Source of the DNA: Candidatus Eiseniibacteriota bacterium
GTDB lineage: Bacteria; Eisenbacteria; RBG-16-71-46
Length of the DNA stretch: 64,000 bases
Reading direction: 5' to 3'
Assembly (NCBI GenBank): GCA_038231135.1
Contig: JBBRLX010000017.1
Location: forward strand, 1 to 64,000
Part shown: piece after piece, positions 27,962 through 39,249 of the stretch
Layout of the letters: each line of letters begins with the position of its first letter
Numbering within the stretch: position 1 is the first letter of the stretch
Translations under genes and position numbers: made by a program
The notes under the pieces: model-generated
The model's input: the letters and a program-made list of their open reading frames with translations, nothing else
Databases searched by the model: none
Told to the model about the DNA's origin: nothing

Positions 27962-28774
27962 GTGGCGCTGATCAATCATCGGGCGCGCGAGATCCATTTC
28001 AAGATCGTCTATTACGGCCCGAGCCTCGGCGGCAAGACCACGAATCTCAAGGTGCTGCACGACCGGCTGCCGGCCGATCGCCGCGGCAAGCTGCTGTCGA
28101 TCGCGACGGATCACGAGCGCACGCTGTTCTTCGACTTCCTGCCGTTTGCGCTCGGCCAGATCCAGGGCTACACCACCCGTATCCATCTCTACACCACGCC
28201 CGGCCAGACCTATTACCGGCTGTCGCGCCGCGCGGTCCTGCAGGGGCTCGACGGGCTGGTGTTCGTCGCCGACTCGCATCCCGCCCGTGAGACCGCGAAT
28301 CGCGAATCGCTCGAGGACCTGCACGAGCACCTGACGGCGCTCGGCGTCACGCCAGACCAGCGCGCGAAGATCGGCTGGATCTTCCAGTACAACAAGCGCG
28401 ACCTGCCGAACGCGCTGCCGGTCGACCGGCTGCGCCGGCTGCTCAACCCGGCGCGCGCGCCCGAGTTCGAATCGACCGCGTCGTCGGGCGGCGGCGTCGC
28501 CGAAACGCTGCGCGCCGCGTGCAAGGCAGTGATTTCGCAGGTGACGCTCGGCGATCCAATGCGCCCGGCGGAACCGGTGGCGCCGCCGGCAACCGTGATG
28601 CGCCCGGCCGCCACCACGCCGCCGCCGCCGGCCATGACGCCGGCGCTCGCGATCGTGCCCGCGCCGGGCGGGACCGTTCCCGGCCGGCCGCCCGCACCCC
28701 GCGCGCCGGCGACGCCGGCGGCGAAGGTCGCACGGCGACCTCGTTCCCGCGCGGCACGCCGATCGCGCGCGTGA
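27962..28774 (+). CDS. mglA: MglA-family small GTPase with a Pro/Ala/Arg-rich tail
   Basis: KIVYYGPSLGGKTTNL, ERTLFFDFLP, LYTTPGQ, FVADS, QYNKRDL. Confidence 0.88.
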   Translation: MALINHRAREIHFKIVYYGPSLGGKTTNLKVLHDRLPADRRGKLLSIATDHERTLFFDFLPFALGQIQGYTTRIHLYTTPGQTYYRLSRRAVLQGLDGLVFVADSHPARETANRESLEDLHEHLTALGVTPDQRAKIGWIFQYNKRDLPNALPVDRLRRLLNPARAPEFESTASSGGGVAETLRAACKAVISQVTLGDPMRPAEPVAPPATVMRPAATTPPPPAMTPALAIVPAPGGTVPGRPPAPRAPATPAAKVARRPRSRAARRSRA

Positions 28775-29226
28775 ACCCGCTGGTCCGCGGCCTCGCGACC
28801 CTGGGGCCGGCGGGATACGCTCCGATCGCACCGGCGACCGCGGGCAGCGCGCTCGTCGCGCTCATCGGCTGGTTCCTGCCGGTGCCGCCGCTGTGGGTTA
28901 CACTCGTGCTGCTCGCGCTGGGCACCGCGATCGCGATCGCCGTCGCCGGGGCGGCGGAGCACGAGTTCGGACACGACGCCAAGCCGATCGTGATCGACGA
29001 GGCGGTGGGGCAGACCGTGGCGCTGCTGTTCGTCCCGCACGTGTGGTGGATGTTCGCGACGTCGTTCGTGCTGTTCCGGATCTTCGACGTCTGGAAGCCG
29101 CTGGGCGCACGCGAGGCGCAGGTGCTGCCGGGCGGCTTTGGAGTGGTCACCGACGACGTGATCGCCGGGCTGACCGCGCTCGGCGTGTTCCATCTGGGAG
29201 TCTGGGCGGCGCATCGCTGGGTGTGA
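28771..29226 (+). CDS. pgpA: Phosphatidylglycerophosphatase A
   Basis: APATAGS, IVIDEAVG, FRIFDVWKP, GVVTDDVIAG. Confidence 0.9.
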   Translation: MNPLVRGLATLGPAGYAPIAPATAGSALVALIGWFLPVPPLWVTLVLLALGTAIAIAVAGAAEHEFGHDAKPIVIDEAVGQTVALLFVPHVWWMFATSFVLFRIFDVWKPLGAREAQVLPGGFGVVTDDVIAGLTALGVFHLGVWAAHRWV

Positions 29227-29527
29227 TGCCCCGGCCCGCCGGCCGGTCACGGCGCCGCGCCGCGCAGCCGTAGTCGCCTCCGAAATCGCGCAACGCGCAT
29301 GCGAATTCCGTGCACGCTGAACGGCGCGCCGCATCCTGCCCCGGTCGCGGGTCGCTCAACCCGTTGCGACACAACATCGCGATACCGAAACCCGTCTGGC
29401 ACCGCGGTTGCAACTACCACGCCCACCTATCAGTGGAGGCAGCGGGATTGCGGAATACGAGCATTGCATTGCGAAATCCCGATGCCGCATGCACGGAAGT
29501 TCGACGAGTCCAGCAGGAGCTACGATC

Positions 29528-29821
29528 ATGAACCTCAATTCCAGTTCGCATTCGGCAGGCCGTCTGCCGCGTTCGCGGCGATCCGTGAAGGCGCCCGCGA
29601 CCGCGCGTCCCGTGAAGACCTCGGGTCCGGTGGATCGGGGACTGTGGTGGATCATGTGGGTGGCGCTGGTCGCGGCACTTGCGACCGGCATCCAGTCCAT
29701 GACCACGGCCGACCTCGACGATTCGCAGGCGAGCGTCGAGTCGCAGTATCCGATCCACCATCGGCTGCCCGCGCGCCCCCAGGCGCACCAGGCGCAGCAG
29801 GACTCCGCCGCCACCTCCTGA
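29528..29821 (+). CDS. Small hypothetical protein with one transmembrane segment
   Basis: AGGAG RBS; hydrophobic GLWWIMWVALVAALATGI. Confidence 0.45.
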   Translation: MNLNSSSHSAGRLPRSRRSVKAPATARPVKTSGPVDRGLWWIMWVALVAALATGIQSMTTADLDDSQASVESQYPIHHRLPARPQAHQAQQDSAATS

Positions 29822-29950
29822 TTCGGGCCGTCGTGCGGTCCCGCAGCCAACGGGACCGCCGGCGGATCCACCGCGGCGCGCATCGATCACGAGCCTCCGT
29901 GACGATGCGCGCCGCACTCGTTGGGGCGGTGGCGCCCGTCACCCGCGGAT

Positions 29951-31867
29951 TCACTGCCCGCGCATCGCCTGCAGGCACGCGTTGCGCAACGCGATCCCGG
30001 TCGGATAGCCCGGCGACCACTTGAGGATGCTGTCGGCGTGTGCCAGCGCCGCCGGCAGGTCGCCGCGCTGGTACGCGGCCAGCCCCAGCACGCCATGGGC
30101 CGGGAGATTGGGACCGAATAGCGCGCACGCCCGCCGCGCTTCGGTTTCGGCCGCCGCATGTTCCCCGCCGAGATACAGGTACTTCGAGCGCTCGCCCGCC
30201 ACCAGGCCGTGGAACACGCGGGCGTTGGGATCGCGCTCGAGCGAGTCCGCGCGGTCGAGCAGGGCTCCCGCGGCGCGCCAGCCGGGGCCGGACATGACGG
30301 GCGCCGTCGCAAGGTAGGCCCGCATGGCCGCGGGTTCGACGATCGAGGCCTGTGGTGTCGCATCGGGCTCGAATTCGATGATCGCGGCCAGCCGGGGTTC
30401 GGCGTGTTCGCGGATCCGCTGCATCGGGTCCCATTCCAGCGTCGAGTCCGCGTACCACGCGCGGATCGCGTGGGAGCCGCCGAACGCGTATTCGGCACGG
30501 CGCGGCAGGTAGTGGATGCCGATGTGTGTGCCCGGCGCCGGATGCGGCAGTCGCGCACGCAACGCGTCACGGCTGACGCGCATCAACCGCTGCAACCGCA
30601 CCGCCTGCTCGAAATCCATGAACGCGCCGGTGGTGGCGGCGTCGTTGGTGATCCGTGGCGGCGGCGCCGGCGCGATCCCCAGCGCCACGAGCCGCGCGGC
30701 CACGATGGCGCCGAGCATCATGGGATGCGCGGTCCATGCGAGCTCGGCCGTCATCGCGAGCAGCCCGAGCGAACCGAAACCGCTGCGATTCGGCATCCAG
30801 AACGGGTAGACGGCGGTGAGCGTTGCCGAGGCGCCCAGGAACCAGGCGCCGCCCCACAGCACCCAGGCCAGCGCCTGGGACCAGCGGGCGCGGCCGCGCC
30901 GGTGCCGCAACGCGACCGCGACCCATAGCAATGCCACCAGCGCCAGCAGGGACCCCACCGCGCGGTCGTTGTTCGATTGCACGAGCGGCAGGCTCATGAT
31001 CGCGCGCAGGCTGTTCGCGATCGACCAGCCCAGGCGCTCGAACCAGGAGGCGGTCGCGAGCGTGTGCTCCATGTCGTGCGGCAGCGACAGCTGCGCGTGC
31101 GTCCGGATGCTCACGTAGGCCACGCCCCACAACGCCGCGACCGCCGCGCACGCGGCCGCCAGCCGCAACCGCGGGCGGTTGTCCCGCGGACCGATGCCGG
31201 GCATCAGCGGCAGCAGCACCGCGGCGATCACCGCCACCTCCTTGCACAACAGCGCGCCCAGCAGCGCCGCGAGCCCGGTGACCCAGCGGCGGTACGCGAA
31301 CTCGTGCGCCGCCAGCGCCGTGAACAGCCACAGGCCGAGATCCACGAAGTGGCTCGGCCAGCCGATCAGCGTGCGCGTCGACTCCGACAGCAACGGCGCC
31401 GTGGCCACCACCGCCGCCCACGCGCCGGGCCGCGCCACCCGGAACGCGCGGTAGAACAGCAGGCTCGCGAGCGCCAGCAGCGCGACGTGGATGCCGGCGA
31501 CCACCGCGGGATGCGCGAGCATCAGCCGGCCGAACGCGAGGTAGTAGAGCTGGTGCGGGATCGGCCGCCAGAACGCCTTCGACCCGCCGCCGTCCAGCAG
31601 CGAGAACGGTCCGAACAGCGCGCGCTGCAGGAAGTCGAAGTCCTCGGCAAACGGCTCGCCGAGCGGGGCGCCGAGCGATTTCACCAGCAGCGGCAGCACC
31701 GCGGCGAGCGTGATCAGGCCCCAGGGATCGCGCAGCAGCGGGCGTTCCGGCGCCGCCGTGGCGGGCCCGTCGGCGGCGCGCGGGGACACGGGCGGCGTGC
31801 GCGGGGGCGGAGCGCCAGCGACGCTGTTGGGGCGGGTTGGCGCGCGATCGCGCGAAGGGCGGGGCAT
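29951..31867 (-). CDS. Multi-pass membrane protein (GT-C-like N-terminus) with C-terminal TPR-like helices
   Basis: FAEDFDFL, FWRP, LLCKEVA motifs; many transmembrane segments; start uncertain. Confidence 0.6.
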   Translation of the reverse strand: MPRPSRDRAPTRPNSVAGAPPPRTPPVSPRAADGPATAAPERPLLRDPWGLITLAAVLPLLVKSLGAPLGEPFAEDFDFLQRALFGPFSLLDGGGSKAFWRPIPHQLYYLAFGRLMLAHPAVVAGIHVALLALASLLFYRAFRVARPGAWAAVVATAPLLSESTRTLIGWPSHFVDLGLWLFTALAAHEFAYRRWVTGLAALLGALLCKEVAVIAAVLLPLMPGIGPRDNRPRLRLAAACAAVAALWGVAYVSIRTHAQLSLPHDMEHTLATASWFERLGWSIANSLRAIMSLPLVQSNNDRAVGSLLALVALLWVAVALRHRRGRARWSQALAWVLWGGAWFLGASATLTAVYPFWMPNRSGFGSLGLLAMTAELAWTAHPMMLGAIVAARLVALGIAPAPPPRITNDAATTGAFMDFEQAVRLQRLMRVSRDALRARLPHPAPGTHIGIHYLPRRAEYAFGGSHAIRAWYADSTLEWDPMQRIREHAEPRLAAIIEFEPDATPQASIVEPAAMRAYLATAPVMSGPGWRAAGALLDRADSLERDPNARVFHGLVAGERSKYLYLGGEHAAAETEARRACALFGPNLPAHGVLGLAAYQRGDLPAALAHADSILKWSPGYPTGIALRNACLQAMRGQ

Positions 31868-31923
31868 GGCGGCTCGACGGCTCACGCTAGCGCGAAGGGA
31901 ACGCGATGTCTAACATGCGGACA

Positions 31924-33183
31924 ATGGAAATCGAGATCATCACGATCGGCAACGAGATCCTGTCGGGCCGCACCGTCGACACCAATTTCGCGTGGCTGGC
32001 GCGCGAGCTGGAGGCCGCGAGTGTGCAGGTGGCGTGGCACAGCACGGTGGGCGACACCGCCGAACGGATCGGCGAGGCGCTCGCCCACGCGGTGTCGCGT
32101 GCCGACGCCGTGGTGATGACGGGCGGACTCGGCCCCACGCCCGATGACGTCACGCGCCGGGCGGTGGCCACGGCGCTCGGGCGCCGGCTGCTGCTCGACG
32201 AGACGGTGCTGGAGTCGATCCGCGATCGCGCGCGGCGACTCCACCGCAAGCTGCCGGCGTCGGTCGAGAGCCAGGCGCTGATTCCGACCGGCGCTTTGGT
32301 GTGGCGCAACCGGCTCGGCACCGCGCCCGGGCTGCTGCTCGACCAGGACGGCGTGCCGGTGATCCTGCTGCCGGGGGTGCCCTACGAAATGGAGGGGCTC
32401 GCGACCGAATTCGCGATTCCGCATCTGCGCGAGCGCAGCGGGCGGCACGTCGAGGCGTTCACGCTGCGCACGGCCGGCATGTTCGAGAGCGCGCTGCAGG
32501 AGCGGATCGCCGAGCTGCCGCAGTGGTGGCACGGCGCGACGCTCGCCTACCTGCCCGGCTACGCCGGGGTCGATCTGCGCGTGACGGTCGCGGGGACCGA
32601 TGAGGCGACGGTCGCGGCGACGGCGCAGCAGGCCCGCGAGGAACTGCGCCAGCGCGTAGGAGCGGTGGTGTACGCCGAGGGCATCACCGGCATGGAACAG
32701 GTGGTGGGCACGCGGCTCATCGAGTTGGGCCAGAAGCTCGCCACCGCGGAATCGTGCACCGGTGGCCTGCTGGCGAAACGCCTGACCGACACGCCCGGCT
32801 CGTCGCAGTACTTCGAGCGCGGGATCGTGACCTACTCCAACGCCAGCAAGATCGAGCTGCTCGGAGTGAGCGCGGCGGACCTCGAGCGGCACGGCGCCGT
32901 CAGCGCCGAGGTCGCGTTCCAGATGGCGGCCGGCGCCGCCGAACGCGCGCACGTGGCCACGGCGCTCGCGATCACCGGCGTCGCGGGGCCGGGTGGCGGC
33001 AGCGACGCGAAGCCGGTGGGCACGGTGTTCATCGCTGCCCACGGCCACGGCACGACCGTGGTGCGCCACCACCACATCGGCGGCATGCGGGTTGCAATCC
33101 GCGAACGCTCGGCGCAGGCCGCGCTCGACCTGCTGCGACGGCATCTGAGCGGCATGCCGCTCGACGCCACGTTCGAGCCGTAG
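31924..33183 (+). CDS. cinA: Competence/damage-inducible protein CinA (MoCF-like + PncC)
   Basis: IGNEILSG, GGLGPTPDD, LPGVP, AESCTGG, TGVAGPGG. Confidence 0.93.
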   Translation: MEIEIITIGNEILSGRTVDTNFAWLARELEAASVQVAWHSTVGDTAERIGEALAHAVSRADAVVMTGGLGPTPDDVTRRAVATALGRRLLLDETVLESIRDRARRLHRKLPASVESQALIPTGALVWRNRLGTAPGLLLDQDGVPVILLPGVPYEMEGLATEFAIPHLRERSGRHVEAFTLRTAGMFESALQERIAELPQWWHGATLAYLPGYAGVDLRVTVAGTDEATVAATAQQAREELRQRVGAVVYAEGITGMEQVVGTRLIELGQKLATAESCTGGLLAKRLTDTPGSSQYFERGIVTYSNASKIELLGVSAADLERHGAVSAEVAFQMAAGAAERAHVATALAITGVAGPGGGSDAKPVGTVFIAAHGHGTTVVRHHHIGGMRVAIRERSAQAALDLLRRHLSGMPLDATFEP

Positions 33184-33288
33184 TCGAGGGCGGCGCGACC
33201 TTCGATGGCGCCGGGCGCCGCGGTTTCGCGTCGATCGGATCGCCGTGGTCGAGAGCCGGCTCGCGCCCGGGGGCTCAATCTATGGCAC

Positions 33289-33317
33289 TTTACCCCGACT
33301 GCCCAAATGTGTAGTAT
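33289..33317 (+). promoter_or_regulatory. Candidate recA promoter
   Basis: TTTACC-N17-TAGTAT. Confidence 0.5.
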
Positions 33318-33407
33318 GCGCTGCATGAGCAACGTGGCGCCCGGTTTGGGGGCGCGACGGCAGACGGAGCCCTCACCAGCCACGCCCCTGCGAAGGAGAC
33401 GCGGAAC

Positions 33408-34574
<1,167 letters not shown>

Positions 34575-34643
34575 ACCGTCCGGGCCGGCGGCCATCCTAA
34601 GGGTGGCCGTCGCGCCTGGAGCGTTCCACCCGCCCCCCAAGAC

Positions 34644-35204
34644 ATGGCGACGAACATGGATTCGACAGCCACCAGACCGCGCTCCGCAACGCGGGCGCCG
34701 CGCGGACCACGCACGGTGTCGCCGGAGCGCGCCGCCGATCCACAGGCCGCGCGCGAGGCTGCGCTCAAGCTGCTCGAGCGCACCCGGCGCACGCGCGCCG
34801 ATCTCGCACGCCGGCTCAAGGACAAGGGCTACGTGGCCGCGGCGATCGGCCCCGTGCTCGAACGGCTTGCCGGCGTGGGCCTGATCGACGACGTCGAGTA
34901 CGCGCGTGCCTACCTGCGCGGGCGCTGGGGGCGCCGCGCGGCGGGCTGGCGGCGTCTCGAACAGGAGCTGCGCGGCAAGGGCATCGGCGTCGAGGACATC
35001 GTGCTCGCGCGCCAGGCGCTCGAGGCCGAGGTGGGAGCGGTCGACGAGATCGCCGGCGCCCGCCGGGTGATCGAGCAGGCGGCCCGGCGCTATCAGCGAC
35101 TCGAGCCCCGGGTGAGGAGCCAGCGGCTCTATGCCCTGTTGCAGCGCCGCGGCTTCGACGGCGACGTGATCCGCCGCGCGCTCGCGATCCGCGACGAGGA
35201 CTGA
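34644..35204 (+). CDS. recX: Regulatory protein RecX
   Basis: ALKLL...GLIDDVEYA...ELRGKGI...LQRRGF; follows recA. Confidence 0.88.
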   Translation: MATNMDSTATRPRSATRAPRGPRTVSPERAADPQAAREAALKLLERTRRTRADLARRLKDKGYVAAAIGPVLERLAGVGLIDDVEYARAYLRGRWGRRAAGWRRLEQELRGKGIGVEDIVLARQALEAEVGAVDEIAGARRVIEQAARRYQRLEPRVRSQRLYALLQRRGFDGDVIRRALAIRDED

Positions 35205-35318
35205 CTGAGTCGGCCGCGTGCATCCGCGCTGCCGAATCGCTATCTTCGGGCGTTCGCACCGTCACCTTAGGGCTCCCCGGCGACCACGGGCGGCCAGCGG
35301 CCGGCAACCGGAGACCGG

Positions 35319-38078
35319 ATGAGCGCTTCGCCCACGTCCTCCAGCCTCAAGACGTCCGCCGAGTTGCGCCGCGCGTTCCTCGAGTTCTTCGTGGCGCGCG
35401 GTCACGTGGCGGTGCCATCGTCGCCGCTGGTGCCGATGGGCGACCCGAGCCTGTTGTTCACCACCGCGGGCATGGTGCAGTTCAAGTCGTTCTACACCGC
35501 CGGCGACGACGTGCCCTACACGCGCGCCGCCTCGGTGCAGAAGTGCCTGCGGCTCACCGACCTCGACAACGTCGGCCTCACCCCCCGGCACGACACGTTC
35601 TTCGAGATGCTCGGCAACTTCTCGTTCGGCCCCCGCGAGCGCGGCGCCTATTTCAAGCAGGAGGCGATCGCGTTCGCCTGGGAGTTCATCACCCAGGTGC
35701 TGGGGCTGCCCACGGACCGCCTGTACGCCTCGATCTTCGAAGGCGAGGGCAACCTGCCGCGCGACGACGAGGCGATCGCGCTGTGGCAGAAGATCGGCGT
35801 CCCCGAGAGCCGCATCGTGCCGCTCGGACGCAAGGACAACTTCTGGGGCCCGGCCGGCGGCCAGGGCGCCTGCGGCCCATGCACCGAGATCTATTTCGAT
35901 CTCGGCGAACGGCGGCCGGCGTACCTGCCGGAGGGCGCGTTCTGGGGCGAGCGGCCGGGCGATCCTGGCGATCGCTTCATGGAGTTCTGGAACCTGGTGT
36001 TCCCGCAGTTCGACGCCCAGCCCGACGGCGCGCTGCGGCCGCTGCCGCGGCCCGGCATCGACACCGGCATGGGCATCGAGCGCCTGTCGCTGATCGTCCA
36101 GGGCAGGAACACGATCTTCGACACCGACGTGTTCGAGCCGATCGTGCGCGCCGTGCTCGACCGGCGGCCCGGCAGGCGTGCGACCGCCCCGCCCACGGCG
36201 GTCGAGCTGCGCGACGCGCGGATCGTCGCGGATCACGTGCGCGCGCTCACGTTCGCGCTGTCCGAGGGCGCCCAGGGCGCCGAGGGCGCGCTGCCCGGCA
36301 ACGAGGGTGCGGGCTACGTGCTGCGCCGCCTGCTGCGCCGGGCGGTCACGCGGCTGCGCTCGCGCCAGGGGCTGGGGATCGAACACGACCTGCTCGCCGA
36401 GCTGGGCGGCGTGGTGGTGCGACATTTCGGCGGCCACTACGCGGAGCTGGAGCAATTCGGGGGGGAGATCGCGCAGATCCTCGAGCGCGAAGAGCGGAGC
36501 TTTGCCGAGACCTACGAGGCCGGCCTGCGCCGGCTCGAGGCGCAGATGCAGTCGGGCGGCCGCGTGATCCCGGGCGCCGACGCGTTCGCGCTGCACGACA
36601 CCTACGGCTTCCCCGTCGAGCTGACCGAGGAGATCGCCGCCGAACGCGGGCTCACCGTCGATCGCCCGGGCTTCGACCGCGCGATGGAGGAGCAGCGCAC
36701 CCGCGCCCGCGCCGCGAGCCGCTTCGGCAAGTCGGCGGACGGCGCCGCCCGCGCGCCGTGGACCGAGGTCACCGTCGGGGCCGATTCGGAATTCCTGGGT
36801 TACGACGAGCTGAGCGCCGAGCGGCTCACGCTGCGCCGCTGGCGGGCCGTGGAGGATGGCGTGCTCGAGCTGGTGCTCGATCGTACGCCGTGCTACGCCG
36901 AATCGGGCGGCCAGGTCGGGGATCGGGGCACCATCGCCGGGGGTGCGGCGAGCGGCGAGTTTACCCACGTCTACAAGGAGGGCGGCAGCACCGTCCATCG
37001 CGTGCGGCTCACGATCGGCGACGCGGCCGCGCTGGTCGCGGCCGGCGCCACAGGGACGCTCGCGGCGCACGTGCGCCCCGAACACCGGCTGCCGGTGACG
37101 CGCCACCACACGGCGACCCACCTGCTGCACGCGGCGCTGCGCGCCACGCTGGGCACCCACGTGCATCAGGCCGGCTCGCTGGTCGCCCCGGACCGGCTGC
37201 GGTTCGACTACACGCACTTCGAGGCGCCGTCGCGCGAGCAGCTCGACACCATCGAGCGCATGGTGAGCGAATGGGCGCTGCGCGATCGCGAGGTGAGCTG
37301 GCGGCTGATGCCGATCGACGACGCGAAGGCGCTGGGCGCGATGGCGCTGTTCGGCGAGAAGTACGGCGCCGAGGTGCGCATGGTGTCGGTGGCGGGCGTG
37401 GACGACTCGAGGCTCGCCGCGAGCCGCGAACTGTGCGGCGGCACCCACGTGAGCCGCACCGGCGAGATCGGCGCGTTCACGATCGTGTCCGAGTCCGCGA
37501 TCGCGAGCGGCGTGCGGCGCATCGAGGCGCTGTGCGGTCACGAGGCGCTGGCGCACTTCCGCGCGCAGTCGGACACGCTGGCGCGGGCCGCGGCGGTGCT
37601 GCAATCCGCCCCCGCGCAGCTCGTCGAGCAGCTCGAGAAGCACAAAGCCGAGTTGGAGCGGCTGCGCCGGGAGCAGGCGGAGTCGAAGCGCGGCGGGCTC
37701 GAAGCCGAGATGGCGAGGCTGGCGGCGGCCGCAACGCAAGCGCCCGGCGGCCGTTACGTCGTGGCCGAGCTCGAGTCCGAAGCCGACGCGGGCGCGGCGC
37801 GCGAGGCGGCCGACCGGCTGCGCGGCGCGCTCGGCCGCGGCGCCGCGGTGCTGGCGCTGCGCCACGACGGCAAGCTCACGTTTCTCGCCGCGGTCACGGA
37901 CGATCTCGTGAAGGAGAAGACACTGAACGCCAGCGAACTGGTGAAGCAGGTGGCGCAGGTGACCGGCGGCTCGGGCGGCGGCAAGCCGCATTTGGCACTC
38001 GCGGGCGGCAAGGACGTGGCGAAGCTCGGCGCTGCCCTCGCCGAGGCTCGCCGGCTGCTGGCCGGGGCGCTGGCGTGA
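35319..38078 (+). CDS. alaS: Alanine--tRNA ligase
   Basis: LLFTTAGM, FFEMLGNFSFG, DTGMGIER, HTATHLLH, ELCGGTH, GGGK. Confidence 0.98.
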   Translation: MSASPTSSSLKTSAELRRAFLEFFVARGHVAVPSSPLVPMGDPSLLFTTAGMVQFKSFYTAGDDVPYTRAASVQKCLRLTDLDNVGLTPRHDTFFEMLGNFSFGPRERGAYFKQEAIAFAWEFITQVLGLPTDRLYASIFEGEGNLPRDDEAIALWQKIGVPESRIVPLGRKDNFWGPAGGQGACGPCTEIYFDLGERRPAYLPEGAFWGERPGDPGDRFMEFWNLVFPQFDAQPDGALRPLPRPGIDTGMGIERLSLIVQGRNTIFDTDVFEPIVRAVLDRRPGRRATAPPTAVELRDARIVADHVRALTFALSEGAQGAEGALPGNEGAGYVLRRLLRRAVTRLRSRQGLGIEHDLLAELGGVVVRHFGGHYAELEQFGGEIAQILEREERSFAETYEAGLRRLEAQMQSGGRVIPGADAFALHDTYGFPVELTEEIAAERGLTVDRPGFDRAMEEQRTRARAASRFGKSADGAARAPWTEVTVGADSEFLGYDELSAERLTLRRWRAVEDGVLELVLDRTPCYAESGGQVGDRGTIAGGAASGEFTHVYKEGGSTVHRVRLTIGDAAALVAAGATGTLAAHVRPEHRLPVTRHHTATHLLHAALRATLGTHVHQAGSLVAPDRLRFDYTHFEAPSREQLDTIERMVSEWALRDREVSWRLMPIDDAKALGAMALFGEKYGAEVRMVSVAGVDDSRLAASRELCGGTHVSRTGEIGAFTIVSESAIASGVRRIEALCGHEALAHFRAQSDTLARAAAVLQSAPAQLVEQLEKHKAELERLRREQAESKRGGLEAEMARLAAAATQAPGGRYVVAELESEADAGAAREAADRLRGALGRGAAVLALRHDGKLTFLAAVTDDLVKEKTLNASELVKQVAQVTGGSGGGKPHLALAGGKDVAKLGAALAEARRLLAGALA

Positions 38079-39199
38079 AGGCGCTCGTGCTGGCGGGCGG
38101 GCGCGGCACGCGCCTGCGGCCGATCACGCATACCAGTGCCAAGCAGTTGGTGCCGGTGGCGAACAAGCCGGTGCTGTTCTACGGGCTCGAAGCGATCCGT
38201 GACGCCGGCATCACCGACGTCGGCATCGTGGTGAGCGACCCGCGCGAGATGCTGAGCCCCGACCACCGCACCGGTGAGATCGTCACGGTCATGGTGAACA
38301 GCCAGGCCGAGATCCGCGCCGCGGTCGGCGACGGCTCGCGGTTCGGGCTGCGCGTCACCTACATCGAGCAGGAGGCGCCGCTCGGACTGGCGCACGCGGT
38401 CAAGATCTCGGAGGGCTACATGGCGGGGGAGCCGTTCGTCATGTACCTCGGCGACAACCTGATCAAGGATGGCATCGCGCCGTTCGTGACGGAGTTCACC
38501 GCCGAGAAGCCGAACGCCCAGATCCTGCTTGCGAAGGTGAAGACCCCGCAGGACTACGGCGTCGCCGAGCTCGACGGCGACCGCGTCGTGCGGCTCGAGG
38601 AGAAGCCGCCCCATCCGCGCAGCGATCTCGCGCTCGTCGGCGTCTACCTGTTCGACCGCACGATCTTCGAGGCGGTGGCGGCGATCCGCCCCAGCCCGCG
38701 CGGCGAGCTCGAGATCACCGACGCGATCCAGCAGCTGATCGACAGCGGCCGGCGCGTACGTTCGCATGTGATCGGCGGCTGGTGGAAGGACACCGGCCGC
38801 GTCGAGGACATGCTCGAAGGCAACCGCATGATGCTCGGCAGCCTCGAGCCGTCGATGCGCGGCACCATCGATGCGGAGTCGGCGATCGAGGGCCGCGTCA
38901 CGGTGGGCGTGAATACCGTGATCCAGCGCTCGCGGCTGCGCGGGCCGCTGGTGATCGGCGACGGCGCCCGGATCGTGGATTCGTACATCGGGCCGTTCAC
39001 GTCGATCGGCAACGGCGTGGCGGTCGAGCACAGCGAGATCGAGCACTCGATCGTGCTCGAGCGCAGCCGCATCCTGAACGTGCCGGCGCGCATCGAGTCG
39101 AGTCTGATCGGCAAGGACGTGGTGGTATGCGCGAGCGGCACGCGGCCGCACACGCACCGGCTGATGCTCGGTGATTCGAGCCGCGTGGAGCTGGCATAG
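38075..39199 (+). CDS. Glucose-1-phosphate thymidylyltransferase, long form
   Basis: LAGGRGTRLRP, KQLVPVANKP, PLGLAHA, YLGDN, RGELEITD, C-terminal hexapeptide region; GTG overlaps the alaS stop. Confidence 0.9.
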   Translation: MKALVLAGGRGTRLRPITHTSAKQLVPVANKPVLFYGLEAIRDAGITDVGIVVSDPREMLSPDHRTGEIVTVMVNSQAEIRAAVGDGSRFGLRVTYIEQEAPLGLAHAVKISEGYMAGEPFVMYLGDNLIKDGIAPFVTEFTAEKPNAQILLAKVKTPQDYGVAELDGDRVVRLEEKPPHPRSDLALVGVYLFDRTIFEAVAAIRPSPRGELEITDAIQQLIDSGRRVRSHVIGGWWKDTGRVEDMLEGNRMMLGSLEPSMRGTIDAESAIEGRVTVGVNTVIQRSRLRGPLVIGDGARIVDSYIGPFTSIGNGVAVEHSEIEHSIVLERSRILNVPARIESSLIGKDVVVCASGTRPHTHRLMLGDSSRVELA

Positions 39200-39249
39200 C
39201 CGCAAAGTCGCGCGGCGCGGGAACGGGATCCTCTCGAGGAGGAGCACGG

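Noticed and set aside
33184..33407. LexA box upstream of recA
   Set aside because: No recognisable CTGT-N8-ACAG or GAAC-N4-GTTC palindrome; a lineage-specific box cannot be called from one promoter
35543..38074. 1218-aa ORF suggesting a giant nucleotidyltransferase fusion
   Set aside because: Upstream part is a shadow frame of alaS; the real gene starts at GTG 38075
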